A stretch of 64,000 nt of DNA from Octopus sinensis (GCF_006345805.1 NC_043001.1:114452001-114516000), one strand, 5' to 3'. Shown: positions 38,961 to 52,332, counted from the first letter of the stretch. The notes: a model not told the origin generated them from the letters alone. Numbers and translations: made by a program.

Positions 38961-39415
38961 GCCAGATCTTCGATGATTTTGCGTTTTGCTGCTTAATGCA
39001 TCTTAACGCTTATCAGTGGATCTCACCGCACCTTGCCTTAAACCCATCTGGCCTTGTCAGCTTATGAGATTTCCGTTACGATCATACGCTGATTTCAAAA
39101 AAGGTAAAAGTGAAAATTATGAATAATATGGATGGCTAATTCGCAATAGTACAACCTAAAGGCAGAAGTATATACGTCACTAAGGTGAACGAGGGTACTA
39201 ACCAGCACTAGTATTGCTAGAAATAATGTTATAATCGATGATCTGCACACAAGACTTGGTCGGCTCGGGGCTACAGCAGAATCCCCCAATGTGTCATACA
39301 GGTGAACTGTACGCAGAACCATGTGGTTGGGAAGCAAGCTTTCAACTACAGACCCAGTTCATTTGTTTCCTTCCCTATTTTTGTCCATTCTAAAATTTAC
39401 AACTGTATATATACC

Positions 39416-39646
39416 TATTTCTTTATTACCCACAAGGGGCTAAACACAGAAGGGACAAACAAGGACAGACATAGGTATTAAGTCGATTACATCGACCCCA
39501 GTGCGTAACTGGTACTTAATTTATCGACCCCGAAAGGATGAAAGGCAAAGTCGACCTCGGCGGAATTTGAACTCACAACGTAACGGCAGACGAAATACCG
39601 CTAAGCATTTCGCCCGGCGTGCTAACGCTTCTGCCAGCTCGCCGCC
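39416..39646 (-). mobile_element. Young Nin/Deu-domain SINE with perfect TSD
   Basis: GCCTTTCATCCTTTCGGGGTCGATAAATTAAGTACCAG (Deu/Nin core) on minus; direct repeat TTACAACTGTATATATACC at 39397-39415 and 39647-39665. Confidence 0.9.
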
Positions 39647-39683
39647 TTACAACTGTATATATACCGATTTATTCATTGATTAT

Positions 39684-39930
39684 GTGGAGGCGCGTGGCTT
39701 AGTGGTTAGGGTGTTGAACTCATGATCGTAAGGTTGTGGTTTCGAGTCCTGGACCTGGTGATGCATTGTGTTCTTGAGCAAAACACTTCACTTCACGTTG
39801 CTCCAGTCCACTCAGCTGGCAAAAATGAGTAATCCTGCGACGGACCGGCGTCCCGTCCAGGTGGGGAATTTCTATGCCACTGAAACCGGGAAACCGGTTC
39901 TTATGGGCCTAGCTTGGCTCCAGAAGGAAC
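39684..39930 (+). mobile_element. tRNA-derived SINE, head B plus tail 2
   Basis: TGGCTTAGTGG and GGTTTCGAGTCC boxes; TSD ATTCATTGATTAT at 39671-39683 and 39931-39943. Confidence 0.9.
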
Positions 39931-40614
39931 ATTCATTGATTATATAGCTTAATCATAACTGCTTCTACAATCGTAATTTCACTTAATTCATCTGAAGATT
40001 TCTTGTTAATATTGCTCAGGACCTTCTCTTATGTAGTTGAAAGATACATCCTTATTTATTTCAGTTGTACCATCACGTTTTTTCATATTTTTTTTCTTTT
40101 CAAGCCTTGATAACAATGGTCAAAATCGATATATCCATTGCAAATCTATATTGCAATGTGTGTGTGCGTTTGTGTGTGTGTGTGATTTTCATAAACATGT
40201 TAATATCATAAACAAATTAACATCATTTACATTGTATATTGCCGCTAGACAATGCCTCACCTCTTGAAGCGAATGTATTTTCAATCAGCCAATCATTTAT
40301 TTTGTATGATTTTTCATAGAGTATTTCGTTTCCGCTGTGAATATTGATGCCACAGGTCATACTGAAGAACTTCACTTAATGCATTTGTCCTTTGATTATA
40401 CTAATTAACAAAGACCATAGATGTTTACTCTTTCTTTTTGTGCCGCAATCATGCAAGTTTCAAGCTGGCGGCAACGCATTTTGTCAATAGCCATTTGTTA
40501 CATGGATTTAAACAACGCTATTGGATATTTCTGTGAAATAAACTTTACAAAAATCAAGATCATACGCGAAATTAACAGAACCAAACGAGGTGATATTCAC
40601 GGGAAAGACTAAAA

Positions 40615-40938
40615 ATTGACACTCCGTCTCTTACGATGACAATGGTTTAGATAATCCGATCAACGGAACATCCTGTTCGCAAATTAATGTGCAAGTGGAT
40701 GAGCACTCCACGAACACGCGTATCCTTGATTTAGTTCTCAGGGAGATTGAGCGTGACACCAAATGTGACAAGGCCAGCCCTTTGTATTACAGGTACAAAT
40801 CATTTGTGCCAATGAGTGGATTGGAGCAATGTGAAATCATGTGCCTTGCTCCAGGTCACAATGCACTGTTGTTAATCGAACTTACGATCTTCTGATCGTG
40901 AGCCGATTACCTTAACCACTAATCCATGCGCCTTCACT
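40615..40938 (-). mobile_element. tRNA-derived SINE, head B plus tail 1
   Basis: Head like 39684; 3' half aligns with 31375-31560 (GTACCTGTA..GGCCTTGTCAC..GTGGAGTGCTCA.CCACTT..TGTTCCGTTGAT..GACGGAGTG). Confidence 0.8.
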
Positions 40939-41494
40939 CAAGTGAAAGGAAAGAATAAATGAATGGCTGAATTCGCTTTCTCCTTTCTCTATTGGCGGTC
41001 GCTTCACAAAGGCTTGTCATGACGTTCTTGCCTTCTACAAAGATTGGTACCATCCCATACTACCAGTCTCAGAGCAAAGACACAAACATACACAGACGCA
41101 AACATATATATGTATATACATATATATATCATTTATATCTATATATTGACCTACCATAAAAGGCTAATATTGGTAAAATGAGACATACTTATCTACATGA
41201 CCGAAACAGCTGTAAGATGTAATCTATATTTATATTTATATTTACTTATATGTATATTCTCTTTTTTATATATATTCTACTTATTATACAACATTACTCT
41301 TTTATGTACACTTTTTTATGTACATTCCTTTATGTACACTGATCTGTTCTGCTTTTTTATGTTTAACCCGACAGTCTCTTATGCGGTGGTTTAATAAAGT
41401 ATGTGATTGAGTATTATCTGGTAATTGATATTTGATTTAGATGCATTTCTCCATTTTCTTATTTTGTATATGTATATACATATATATTCCTACA

Positions 41495-41675
41495 TAGATC
41501 GCTAGCCACTATACCTTTTTCTATTTTTGCTCCCTGTTTATTTCTGTTTTCCTTTCTGTCGAAGAGCGTAGGCTCGAAACATAAAAGAATTTCTCACTTC
41601 CCGAGCGGTAAACTAATACATCTGTTTTTCTTTACACACCTGTTTTTGTCTGTTCTTTTTTGTAAATTCTCTCTA
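41495..41675 (+). mobile_element. Family C element, copy 3
   Basis: TAGATCGCTAGCCACTA..CTGTCGAAGAGCGTAGGCTCGAAAC..AATTCTCTCTATA. Confidence 0.75.
41552..41587 (+). ncRNA. Minimal hammerhead variant (CUGUCGA core)
   Basis: CUUU-CUGUCGA-A-GAGC-GUAG-GCUC-GAAAC-AUA-AAAG; core differs from CUGANGA only at A6; triplet mutated to AUA in this copy. Confidence 0.45.
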
Positions 41676-41746
41676 TATACATACAGGCATACATACATAC
41701 ATATATATATGTAATATATATATGTATATATATATGTATATGTATA

Positions 41747-41804
<58 letters not shown>

Positions 41805-41942
41805 TATATTATATTAATTATAGATAAAACCACTATTAGGCAAATCAAACAATGAAAAACATAAGCCAATACATAAAATTAATTAATTTATATTATTTTA
41901 AATATATATCAAGAGTATTAAAAGTTTAATAAAAGATAATGA

Positions 41943-41987
<45 letters not shown>

Positions 41988-42100
41988 TAAGTAGGTGAAT
42001 GAATTATCCTAGTATTGATAATTCGGAATTGTGTTAAAATCCTCGTTCGACTCCGTTCTTTTATTCATTTTATATATATATATTGATGTATATATATAAT

Positions 42101-42515
42101 AGGCGCAGGAGTGGCTGTGTGGTAAGTAGCTTGCTAACCAACCACATGGTTCCGGGTTCAGTCCCACTGCGTGGCATCTTGGGCAAGTGTCATCTGCTAT
42201 AGCCCCGGGCCAACCAATGCCTTGTGAGTGGATATGGTAGACGGAAACTGAAAGAAGCCTGTCGTATATATGTATATATATATATATGTATGTGTGTGTT
42301 TGTGTGTCTGCGTTTGTCCCCCTAGCATTGCTTGACAGCCGATGCTGGTGTGTTTACGTCCCCGTCACTTAGCGGTTCGGCAAAAGAGACTGATAGAATA
42401 AGTACTGGGCTTACAAAGAATAAGTCCCGGGGTCGATTTGCTCGACTAAAGGCGGTGCTCCAGCATGGCCGCAGTCAAATGACTGAAACAAGTAAAAGAG
42501 TAAAGAGTAAAGAGT
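42101..42515 (+). mobile_element. tRNA-derived SINE, family O, best-preserved copy
   Basis: Complete head, core, (TA)/(TG) middle and tail GGCGGTGCTCCAGCATGGCCGCAGTCAAATGACTGAAAC followed by (AGAGTAA)n. Confidence 0.9.
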
Positions 42516-42659
42516 ATATATATATAGATAGATATATATATATATACACACACACACATATAAATATATCTATATATATCTATATAATGTGGTTGAGAAG
42601 TAAGCTTCTTACCACACAGTCACACGCCTGCGTCTATGTGTGTGTGTGTTTAAATTTTT

Positions 42660-42832
42660 AAGGTGAGTATTCGCAGTTATTAACCGGAAGGCACAAGTAG
42701 AGTCGTCACTAAATTGGCTGAGGGTGCTAGTCAGCACCAATATTGCTAGAAATAAGAGTCAAAACAACTCTTGGTCGCTTGCGAGCACTTATCTAACGAC
42801 TGACAAGGGAGACAAACTCCCTACGGCAATTA
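42660..42832 (+). repeat. Family E repeat, longest copy
   Basis: See 38779-38960; ends in hairpin GGGAG-ACAAA-CTCCC. Confidence 0.7.
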
Positions 42833-42856
42833 TGTATATATAGGTATGTATGTATG

Positions 42857-42895
<39 letters not shown>

Positions 42896-43269
42896 TATAT
42901 ATATGTGTATGTATGTATGTATATATACACACCCATACACATATACACGCATGCACACATACATACATACATACATACATACATACTACATACATACATA
43001 CATACATACATACATACATACATACATGCATGCATACATACATACATGCATACATACATACACACATACATACAAATATACATATATAAGAGCTAGACAA
43101 ATAGCGTGCATGTGTGAGTCGTGTGCGTGCATTTGTAAAGTAAACATATGTAATGACATGCGATCCTATAACTGTATTTTTTATATTTTGTTTATTCAAA
43201 TAGTTTCAAACACAGTATGGAAAAAATATATTAGATTCCGATACGATGATAATGATGACAATGATGATG

Positions 43270-43541
43270 TGAATAATAGCGACGGCGGCGGCGGCAGTGG
43301 TAGTGGTGGTGGTGGTGGTGGTGCGGTAGTTGTGGTGGTGGTGGGGTAGTTGTGGTGGTGGTGGTGGTTGTGTTAGTGGTGGTTGTGGTGGTGGCGGCGG
43401 TGGTGGGAGTGGTGTCGGCGGCGGCAACGGTGGCGATAGTCGTGGTGGTGCAATCGGAAAGCTCCTTCCCAGAACATTTCACAACTTGTGTCTATAGTAG
43501 AAAGGATTGCCATTATTATATTTATTATTATTGTTATTATA

Positions 43542-43608
<67 letters not shown>

Positions 43609-43648
43609 TTATTATTATTATTATTATTACTACTACTACTACTACTAC

Positions 43649-43700
<52 letters not shown>
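43270..43700. repeat. (GGC/GGT)n and (ATT/ACT)n microsatellite block
   Basis: Direct reading; explains the poly-P/V/Y/I/T ORFs. Confidence 0.9.
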
Positions 43701-43957
43701 GACGTCGCATTGTATACAATATCGTGAGGTTGTTGAATGAAGATATTGTGTCTACCGGGGATTTATACTGTTTGTCAAGTCACAATAAGGACCTCTATTA
43801 TACCTCCCCAATTTTGGGGAATTTTATTGTTTGATTGTATTGTTAACAGTCATTGTTATTTTATTGTTTACTCGATTTTTGTTATACCCCACGTGTGCCC
43901 AGTTTTGAATTGTCCTATTTGTTGTGCGTTCGGCCCTTGTGGCCAATAAAGAATCGA
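43701..43957 (+). mobile_element. Orphan retroelement 3' end (no tRNA head) between ATT runs
   Basis: Ends GGCCCTTGTGGCCAATAAAGAATCG plus (ATT)n; tail resembles that of the SINE at 39416. Confidence 0.45.
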
Positions 43958-43974
43958 TTATTATTATTATTTAT

Positions 43975-46900
43975 AGTCTCTGCACAGCTTCTAACGCTAG
44001 AGATGTGCTACGGTGTCGGCTGTTCACTAGCAGTGAACAAAAGTAACACCCCTTATTTTTCGAGCACCATCCGGAGTATTCGAGCGGTTCCAAGCTGTTG
44101 TGCAAGTGATCCACTCTTATTGCAGCCCTATTTGTTCCATGTACTTCTCAAAACTTTACTCATTGTTCCCAGGGCTCCGACAATTATTGGTACTACTACC
44201 ACCTTTATCAGCGACCGCAACTGCTTAATCTCCCAAGGTAACCTGTCATATCTATCGACTTTTTTTTTCTTCCTTATCGCATATGTTGTTGTCAGCTGGG
44301 CATGCTATATCTATTATCCAGCATCGTTTGCTTTCTTTCTCAATTGACACTTTGTCTGGATTCATATCTCTATTTCATGGTCCCCCTAGGATATTTGCAT
44401 TATAATTTTCGATGATGCCTTCGTGTTTACGTTCGTATCAAATTTTTGCTCTGTTAAGTCTATACTTTTGGCAAGGTGTCTAATGGACAACCCTTGTTAT
44501 ATTGTCATAACGTATCTTATATTCTTTCTGGGCATACATTCTAGTGGGGTACATTGATATGCCATACGGTTTCACAATTTTGTACACAAATTCTTCACTT
44601 ATCACTTTTTGATGGGTTGTCTATTCTGTATTTGATGTAATACGTTCTTTGTGCTTGCTCTTGGGCAGCAAAGATTAGAGCCTCCATTCCAGTTTTCAAT
44701 CACTTTTAATCATCCATACACATCCTTTTTCTCTGTTTGTCTTATCTTCAACATTCCTGTAAAATTGACCATGAATTCTTTTCTTCATCCACCTATTTTC
44801 AGTTTCTTTCATTCTCAAGTCCTTGTACAGTGCTCTATCTTTGCAATATTTCAACCTTCACAAGCCTGACCTTCTTACTTCCAATAATAGTGGTTCTGTG
44901 ACATTTTTACATACCGTGCTATATTGTCTTATTCTGCTCCAATGTTGTGTTCGCATCCAATCAGTCCTCTTCCCATTCATTTTCTTGGTGCATACAATCT
45001 GTCTGTGTCACGTTTTGGGTGGTGTACCTCATATCTAGTAAGTAACTTCTGGTTATGTCTGTCTATGCTGTTTACTTCGTCTACAGGTCATACGATTATC
45101 CTTGCTCCATATCTAAGGGGTTAAACTGCCCAGGTTCTGATAACTTCAATCTTTATTCCGTCCGCTTAATTTCGACTTAAAGATCAATCTCATTCTGCGC
45201 CAGTGCTCCACCTTAATTTTTTTTCTGTCATTTCTTTCTCCATCAATTTATCCATTTCCATTATCCTCAGGTACTTATGGCCCGTCCCTTCTATCTGCTT
45301 CACAACCTTCCCCGACGGTATCGTTAGCTCGTCTATACATTTGATTTTGCCTCTTTTCAACGCCACACTTTTTCAGTCAGAAATCCATTCTGATATCAGC
45401 CCTGAAAGTATACACCGTATAAACGAGGGAACTGACTTGGGATCCATCTTTACCATAAAGTTTGAGGTTATCCATGAATAACAAGTGGTTGACTTTTTGT
45501 TGGTGGCTTTTGAATACAAACCCAGCCTTTGCTTTCCTCAGTATCAGTGTTAGTGGTATCAGACACAATACAAAGAACAGCGGGGGTAGGCAGCCTCCTT
45601 GGAAGATGCCTCTTCTGATTTCTATTGGCCCTAAACTTCTTCCATATGCAGTCAGTTCCGTCCTCCATTTCGCCATACTTTCTGCAAGCAATCGCTCACC
45701 ATTCGATGCAACAGCAAATAGTTTCATACATTCCATAATCCAGAACTGTGGGATCATATCGTACGCCTTACGATAATCAATCCATGACATGGCTAATTTC
45801 GTTTTCATTTCTAAGTACAGTTTTGTCTACCAGGAGTTGATCCTTGGTACCTCTACACTTACGCCTGAAACCCTGCTGCTCATGTGACAGGATTCCATTT
45901 TCTTCCAGATGTCTGTACATTGACTCTGCGACTATTCCAGTTAATTTCCACATAGGTGGAAAACAGGATATCGGCCTCTAATTGTCTAACGTATTTCCTT
46001 CTTCGATATTTTTCAAGCACAGCACTTTCCTTACCATTGTCAACCACTCTAGTGTTACTTGGTCTGCCTTTAACAAGGTGTTGAATTGGGCAACTATTCG
46101 TGCATGACATTCACCAAATCTTTTGATCCAGCAGCCTTGAACTCCATCTAGTCTCGGAGCCTTCCAGTTGCCCATTTGTTTACTGATTTCCTTCATTTCC
46201 CTAACTTAAATTACTAATTCTGCCTGTGTAGGACATATTACTGTTTGTTTCAGTTCTTGCAACCATTCAATGTTCTTCTTGTGCTCCTCGTTTTTGCTCT
46301 AGATGCCACTCCTTTAACTTTCAATGTTATCTGTTATCAACTTTTCATCTATACAATCTCCATTTATTTCTTTGTAGAATCTCTTCTGATCAACTCTGAA
46401 TAACCTGTTCTGCAAGTCACCGTTCATTCGTTGGTGTATCTAACCATCTTTGTTTTTTTTACAACGAGGCACTGCTTCAGTTCCTCCATTACCACTTTCA
46501 GGCCCTTTCTTTCAATATTATACTTTGCTCGCGTTTAAGCTCCCCTTTTCTTTTCGGCCAAATGCAGAAATTTCCTTCCAAAGCATATCCAACCCCGCCT
46601 GTATTCTTCTTTTCCATCATGGATCTTTTCTTTTGTCACTCCCATTATATTTTTTTTTCTTGACTGCAACATCTACATTTTTTGCCAGATGTATTTCAGA
46701 ATTTTTTTCTGATGTATTTCAGAATTGCATTGACATGTTTCGTTTCCTGGTTCAGTTTCTACCAACCAACTTTTTAAGGTTGCAAATAATGTCGCTACCG
46801 TTCTCCTGTCGCCTATCCTTTATACAATCGTAGATTGCCTTTTGGCTATCTGTCATGCCACCATTATTTTTATTATCTTCTTCTAAACCATTTATATGTG

Positions 46901-47500
46901 TCTCACCGAGCAAGCTATCCCTGTTCCTTTTCTGTGGTTTATTACAGATTTCACCTCTGTTTTCTGCTATGAGATTACTGTATTTTCATCGTTTCCTCTG
47001 CTGCTGTTTTCCAACACCCGTCTTTTGATATCTTCGAGCTCTTCTTCTCTGAACCAACGATTTTTTTCTTATTGCTCTAGCTTGATCACATGTTATCTGT
47101 TCCGTGAATTGAAACAATCCTCTTCCTCTCCATTGATCTCACATACGTAGTCATTATCTCCTAAGATGAACACCACTTTCGACTACGGGTCTCTCAAGTA
47201 TTAACACTCCATGACTACAGCATTGATTTGTTTGTTCCATCTACGCCGTGTGTGCTGGTCCCTTGCTGGATAATAACAGGCTGCAGTGGGACCAGTATCT
47301 CTGAGCCTGCCGGGTGTAGCACAGTCACCATCAAGGGTTTTAGTTTCACTAGTACCGCTATTCACAATATTTTGTTTTCTCATTGTCACTCGTATGAGGT
47401 AGCGATTATCAGGTTGCGCAATTACCAGTGTTTGTATTGTGACACCATCACTAGATGTATTATCAATAAGAGTATAAGGAGATTCCAACTGCTTCCTTTC
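43975..47500 (-). mobile_element. Near full-length, decayed R4/Dong-clade LINE (~3.5 kb)
   Basis: N-terminus RRRWNKQINAVVMEC; [56 protein letters not shown]; C-terminal EKYMEQIG; (TAA)n at both ends (43958-43974 and 47501 onward). Confidence 0.9.
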
Positions 47501-48409
47501 ATTATTATTATTATCATCAATGATATTATTATTATCATCATCAGTGATATTATTATCACTGATAATAATATCACTGATATTATTATCATCACAGATATAT
47601 TTGTTAATATTTGTAATTGTTAATATTTTTTCTGATCCGAAATAATTTTTGACTAAATTATTATTATTATCATTATTACTACTATCACCATTATTACCAT
47701 CATTATTATTATTTCCATTTATAATTAAAAGGTATTATTGAATGCTGTTTAGTTTCAACTTTTGTTTTATCCTTGAGATAATCATAAATATGTGAGTGTT
47801 TAAGGGAATAGTAGGTGTGAGTAAGACAGATAGGTGTATCGATTAAATTCCACAGGTCTGTAAATAGATTCGGCAGATGGTAAAGAGATCCGCAATGGGC
47901 ATTCCCGAGCGATAAGAAGACAAAAGCGACCTCACATCCTTGGGATCAGCAGAGGCCAAACGTGTTTACTACTACTATCGATCAGTGAGAGCGCTGACCT
48001 TGGCCTTGAAAAAAAACAGTTCACCTTGTTCTATTTTCAATTACTGATTGACAAAATAATTACATATATATATATATATATATATATATTGGCAGGTGCT
48101 TACCTCTCTATGTTTTTGTTTTCCATCGTGCATATATTTGTGTTGTTACAATAAAAGCCACAGCAGTCAAAGAAAAACGAAAGATAAAATTTTGACGTAA
48201 AATTGTAGATATTAAAGTTTTTAAAGCTAATCGTTTGTGTGTTCGAAAACTATAGATATGTAAGTTTCTGGACTTAATTTGAGGGAAATTTTAAATACTC
48301 ACAGGAAATTGTAGATATTCCAGCCGTTGAGAGTTATTAAATAATGATAATTACTATTATTATTATTATTATTATCATTATTATTGTTGTTGTTGTTGTT
48401 GTTGTTGTT

Positions 48410-49650
48410 AGTATCATCTTGGCCGATAGCCCAGGAAGAAAAACATGCGTACCTGAGTGAAAAGAAAAAATTCCTCAATAGAAGGGATAGGAAAACCACG
48501 CTTGTTATCCCTTCAGATTTGATGGAGAAGACGGGGAGAAGTACCATCTTATACAGATGTGTGTCGCTAAAGACGAAGAAAATGTTCAATGCGTCACACA
48601 TCCTCCAAGTAGAACCATGCTTGAAGGGCATTTGGATTTATATTGATTTCCTCACACGAGGGAAACAATATGGTTCTGTGGAAATGAGCTTCTCACAAAG
48701 CACTGGCCCCAAAACACTCAATGGTCCACTGCAAATACGAAGATATCCTTCCCGCGTACCTTGAACGGCGTGTGGTGAAAGTTGAAATATCAGATGTGCC
48801 ATCAGAAGAGTTAGCAATAGAAAGGAATAGATTAGAGTGTGAACTAGTTTGCAAATTAGAAGAGAAGATTTAAAAGGGCATTGCGACCGATGTGTTAGCG
48901 GCGAGAATGATCCTTGAACATGTATTTGAAACACGAATGTTGGGTTGTTGGAGCAAAGACGCCTGCACTCAAACAGGAAAGAACTAAAGCTGTCCGATGG
49001 GCTCAAACGGTGGAGACGCGATGTGGAAGCAAAACCGATATCAGGTCTTTGATGGATGGGGATGGGAAAGTGCAACGTGATTCCGAGCATATGTGTGCAG
49101 CTATTCAGCAGCACTCTGTGCGACTGTTTGGAGGGGGCGATGGGTCGACGACGGTACTGGACTGTAGTTCGTACCTGGACGGCTTCCTGCGGCTTTAGGC
49201 AGCTGATGTGAGGTTATATCAAAGGCCGAAGTAGCCGCTGAATTTCAGAAGGCGATAAGCGATTGCACTAGTCGCAGATCACTCAGTTTTGATGTTCTGC
49301 CTTACGACTCCTATGTATTCATGCTATATTTGTTTGGCGACCTCTTGGCAGACGTCTACTGCAACTGGCAACAGAACGGGAGAATTGCTAGTGTTCTTAG
49401 CAGCGTTGTGGTCACACTGCTGAGGAAGGAGACCGTCAATGGGGAAGTAATAGAGAAATTTCGGCCCATAACTCTGCTAAACACAGAGTTTAGGATTTTG
49501 GCCAAGATGTTAGCGAAAAGGTTGGCGCTTGTCGTCGGTAGCATGGTCGGAGAAGCGCAAAAGTACGCAATCACGATCAGGTCTATCCACGACAACCTCC
49601 ACCTTGTGCGATACCTCATCGAGAGGACTGGGTCCACAGCTGGCTTCGGG
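48410..49650 (+). mobile_element. Tx1/L1-clade LINE ORF2 fragment (decayed)
   Basis: LLADVYCNWQQNGRI..VVTLLRK..FRPITLLNTEFRILAKMLAKRLALVV..RSIHDNLHLVRY. Confidence 0.85.
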
Positions 49651-50062
49651 GATGTGATACTTGCAGAAGTTTGTTCTTCGAGATTGTTCTTGAAGGTTGC
49701 ACACCAATGACTCAGTGGGCCCTTTTAAGTTCCCTTTCTGCAGCCATTGCCAGGTTCTTTTCCAATCAATCTCATCTTTATTCTTCAAGAACTGACTGTG
49801 CATTTTCTTGTCCTGCCAAATTTTCTTCATCTCCTCTCTCTGGTCTTTCTTTAATTGTGTTGGATCTACGGCTTCGTTCTTTTTTAAGGTTCCCAGTATT
49901 TTCATTACTTCAATCATTTCTTCTTTACTCTCCTTGACATACCAAGCCAGACAATTCTCCTCTTCCCTTACACAACCTTCACAGGACACCAATCACCGTC
50001 CTCCTTCCTTTCTTTTTGCATACAATCTTGACACATGAATAACGGGGTGTAGTTCTTTGTTC
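49651..50062 (-). mobile_element. R4/Dong-clade LINE internal fragment fused to the Tx1 remnant
   Basis: LHPVIHVSRLYAKRKEGGR*LVSCEGCV..MHSQFLK..TWQWLQKGNLKGPTESLVCNLQEQ; 5' end abuts (AAT)n. Confidence 0.85.
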
Positions 50063-50090
50063 ATTGTTGTTGTTATTATTATTATTATTA

Positions 50091-50164
<74 letters not shown>

Positions 50165-50166
<2 letters not shown>

Positions 50167-50802
50167 GCCGTCATTTATATTGACCCCTGAGGCTGAAAAC
50201 CATAACACATCAAAGTTCACAAGTTTTCGATTAGGACCGGTATGTGCGTTTGTGTGTGCGTTTGTAAATGTATATATATATACATATATATACGCGGGCA
50301 CACCTGCATATGTGTATGTATATGATACGTATATATATACATGTATGTGTATATATACACACAATCACGCACATCTCCATATGTATATGTATAGAATATA
50401 TATATAAACGCACCTGTATATGTGTATGTATATTATACACACACACACTCACACACACGCACACAGCCATATACTAATGTGTTGCTTTTTTATCACCTGG
50501 TTTCGCTTCACTGGTGTTTACTCGGTCGTTAAAGTAAGTTGTTTGATAATTCAATTTACACGAAATAAATCCACAATGATAATAAAATAACACAACCATT
50601 ATCGCGTTCTTTGCCACAATCACAAAACAAGTAGCCTATACAATAATAATGTCGAACTCCTGTTATGTTTGTATGTGTTTGTTTTAGCTTGCATCAATAG
50701 TTTTCAATTAGAACTTCTGAAGGAAATCTATAAAGACTGAGTTCTTCAACATCTTTAATATTATTATTATTATTATCATTATTATTATTATTATTATTAT
50801 TA

Positions 50803-50842
<40 letters not shown>

Positions 50843-50860
50843 TTTTTATTATTATTATTA

Positions 50861-50892
<32 letters not shown>

Positions 50893-51502
50893 TATTATTA
50901 TTATTATTATTATAGCCGTCATTTATATTGACCCCTGAGGCTGAAAACCATAACACATCAAAGTTCACAAGTTTTCGATTAGGACCGGTATGTGCGTTTG
51001 TGTGTGCGTTTGTAAATGTATATATATACATATATATACGTGGGCACACCTGCATATGTGTATGTATATGATACGTATATATATACATGTATGTGTATAT
51101 ATACACACAATCACGCACATCTCCATATGTATATGTATAGAATATATATATAAACGCACCTGTATATGTGTATGTATATTATACACAAACACACTCACAC
51201 ACACGCACACAGCCATATACTAATGTGTTGCTTTTTTATCACCTGGTTTCGCTTCACTGGTGTTTACTCGTTCGTTAAAGTAAGTTGTTTGATAATTCAA
51301 TTTACACGAAATAAATCCACAATGATAATAAAATAACACAACCATTATCGCGTTCTTTGCCACCATCACAAAACAAGTAGCCTATACAATAATAATGTCG
51401 AACTCCTGTTACGTTTGTATGTGTTTGTTTTAGCTTGCATCAATAGTTTTCAATTAGAACTTCTGAAGGAAATCTATAAAGACTGAGTTCTTCAACATCT
51501 TT
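50165..51502. repeat. Tandem duplication of a ~590-bp unit delimited by (ATT)n (period ~748 bp)
   Basis: 50165-50756 and 50913-51502 differ at about 5 positions by eye. Confidence 0.95.
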
Positions 51503-51518
51503 ATTATTATTATTATTA

Positions 51519-51551
<33 letters not shown>

Positions 51552-51576
51552 TATATTATTATTATTATTATTATTA

Positions 51577-51609
<33 letters not shown>

Positions 51610-51634
51610 CATTAATATTATTATTATTATGATT

Positions 51635-51715
<81 letters not shown>

Positions 51716-51784
51716 ATATTATTATTAATATTATTATTACTATTATTATTATTATCATTATTATTATCATTATTATTATTATTA

Positions 51785-51839
<55 letters not shown>

Positions 51840-52332
51840 CATTATTATTATTTTTTTTTTTTGTTGTTGTTGCCGTTACATTTATTCTCCTTGTAATTCT
51901 ATTGTTATTATTTCTATTATTATTCTTGTTGTTATCTCTCTTGTTGGCTTTCGTTAATCGTGTATCACATTTATACTAAGATTCTTAAAATTTTCAAATT
52001 ATCAATTATAATTCATTTTGTGAGAATTTTTTTTTTTATTACATTTTAATATCTTAATATCATTTATTTTTCATACAATGAACTACATTCTCAAATATTT
52101 CCTGTAGAAACACAAAACCGATATATTTATTCATATGTATGTACGTACGTACGTACGTACGTATGTGTGTATGTATGTATGTATGTATGTATGTATGTAT
52201 GTATGTATGTATGTATGTATGTATGGATTGATAGATAAGATAGATACATACATATATGTGCGGATATATATATATGTGTGTATATATATATGTATTTTTT
52301 AATTTTATTTTTATTTTTATTTTATTTTATTT

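Noticed and set aside
50718-50750. AGAACT-TCTGAAGG..AGACTG-AGTTCT hammerhead-like stretch (also ~51460-51492)
   Set aside because: No GAAA segment or NUH triplet in the required positions.
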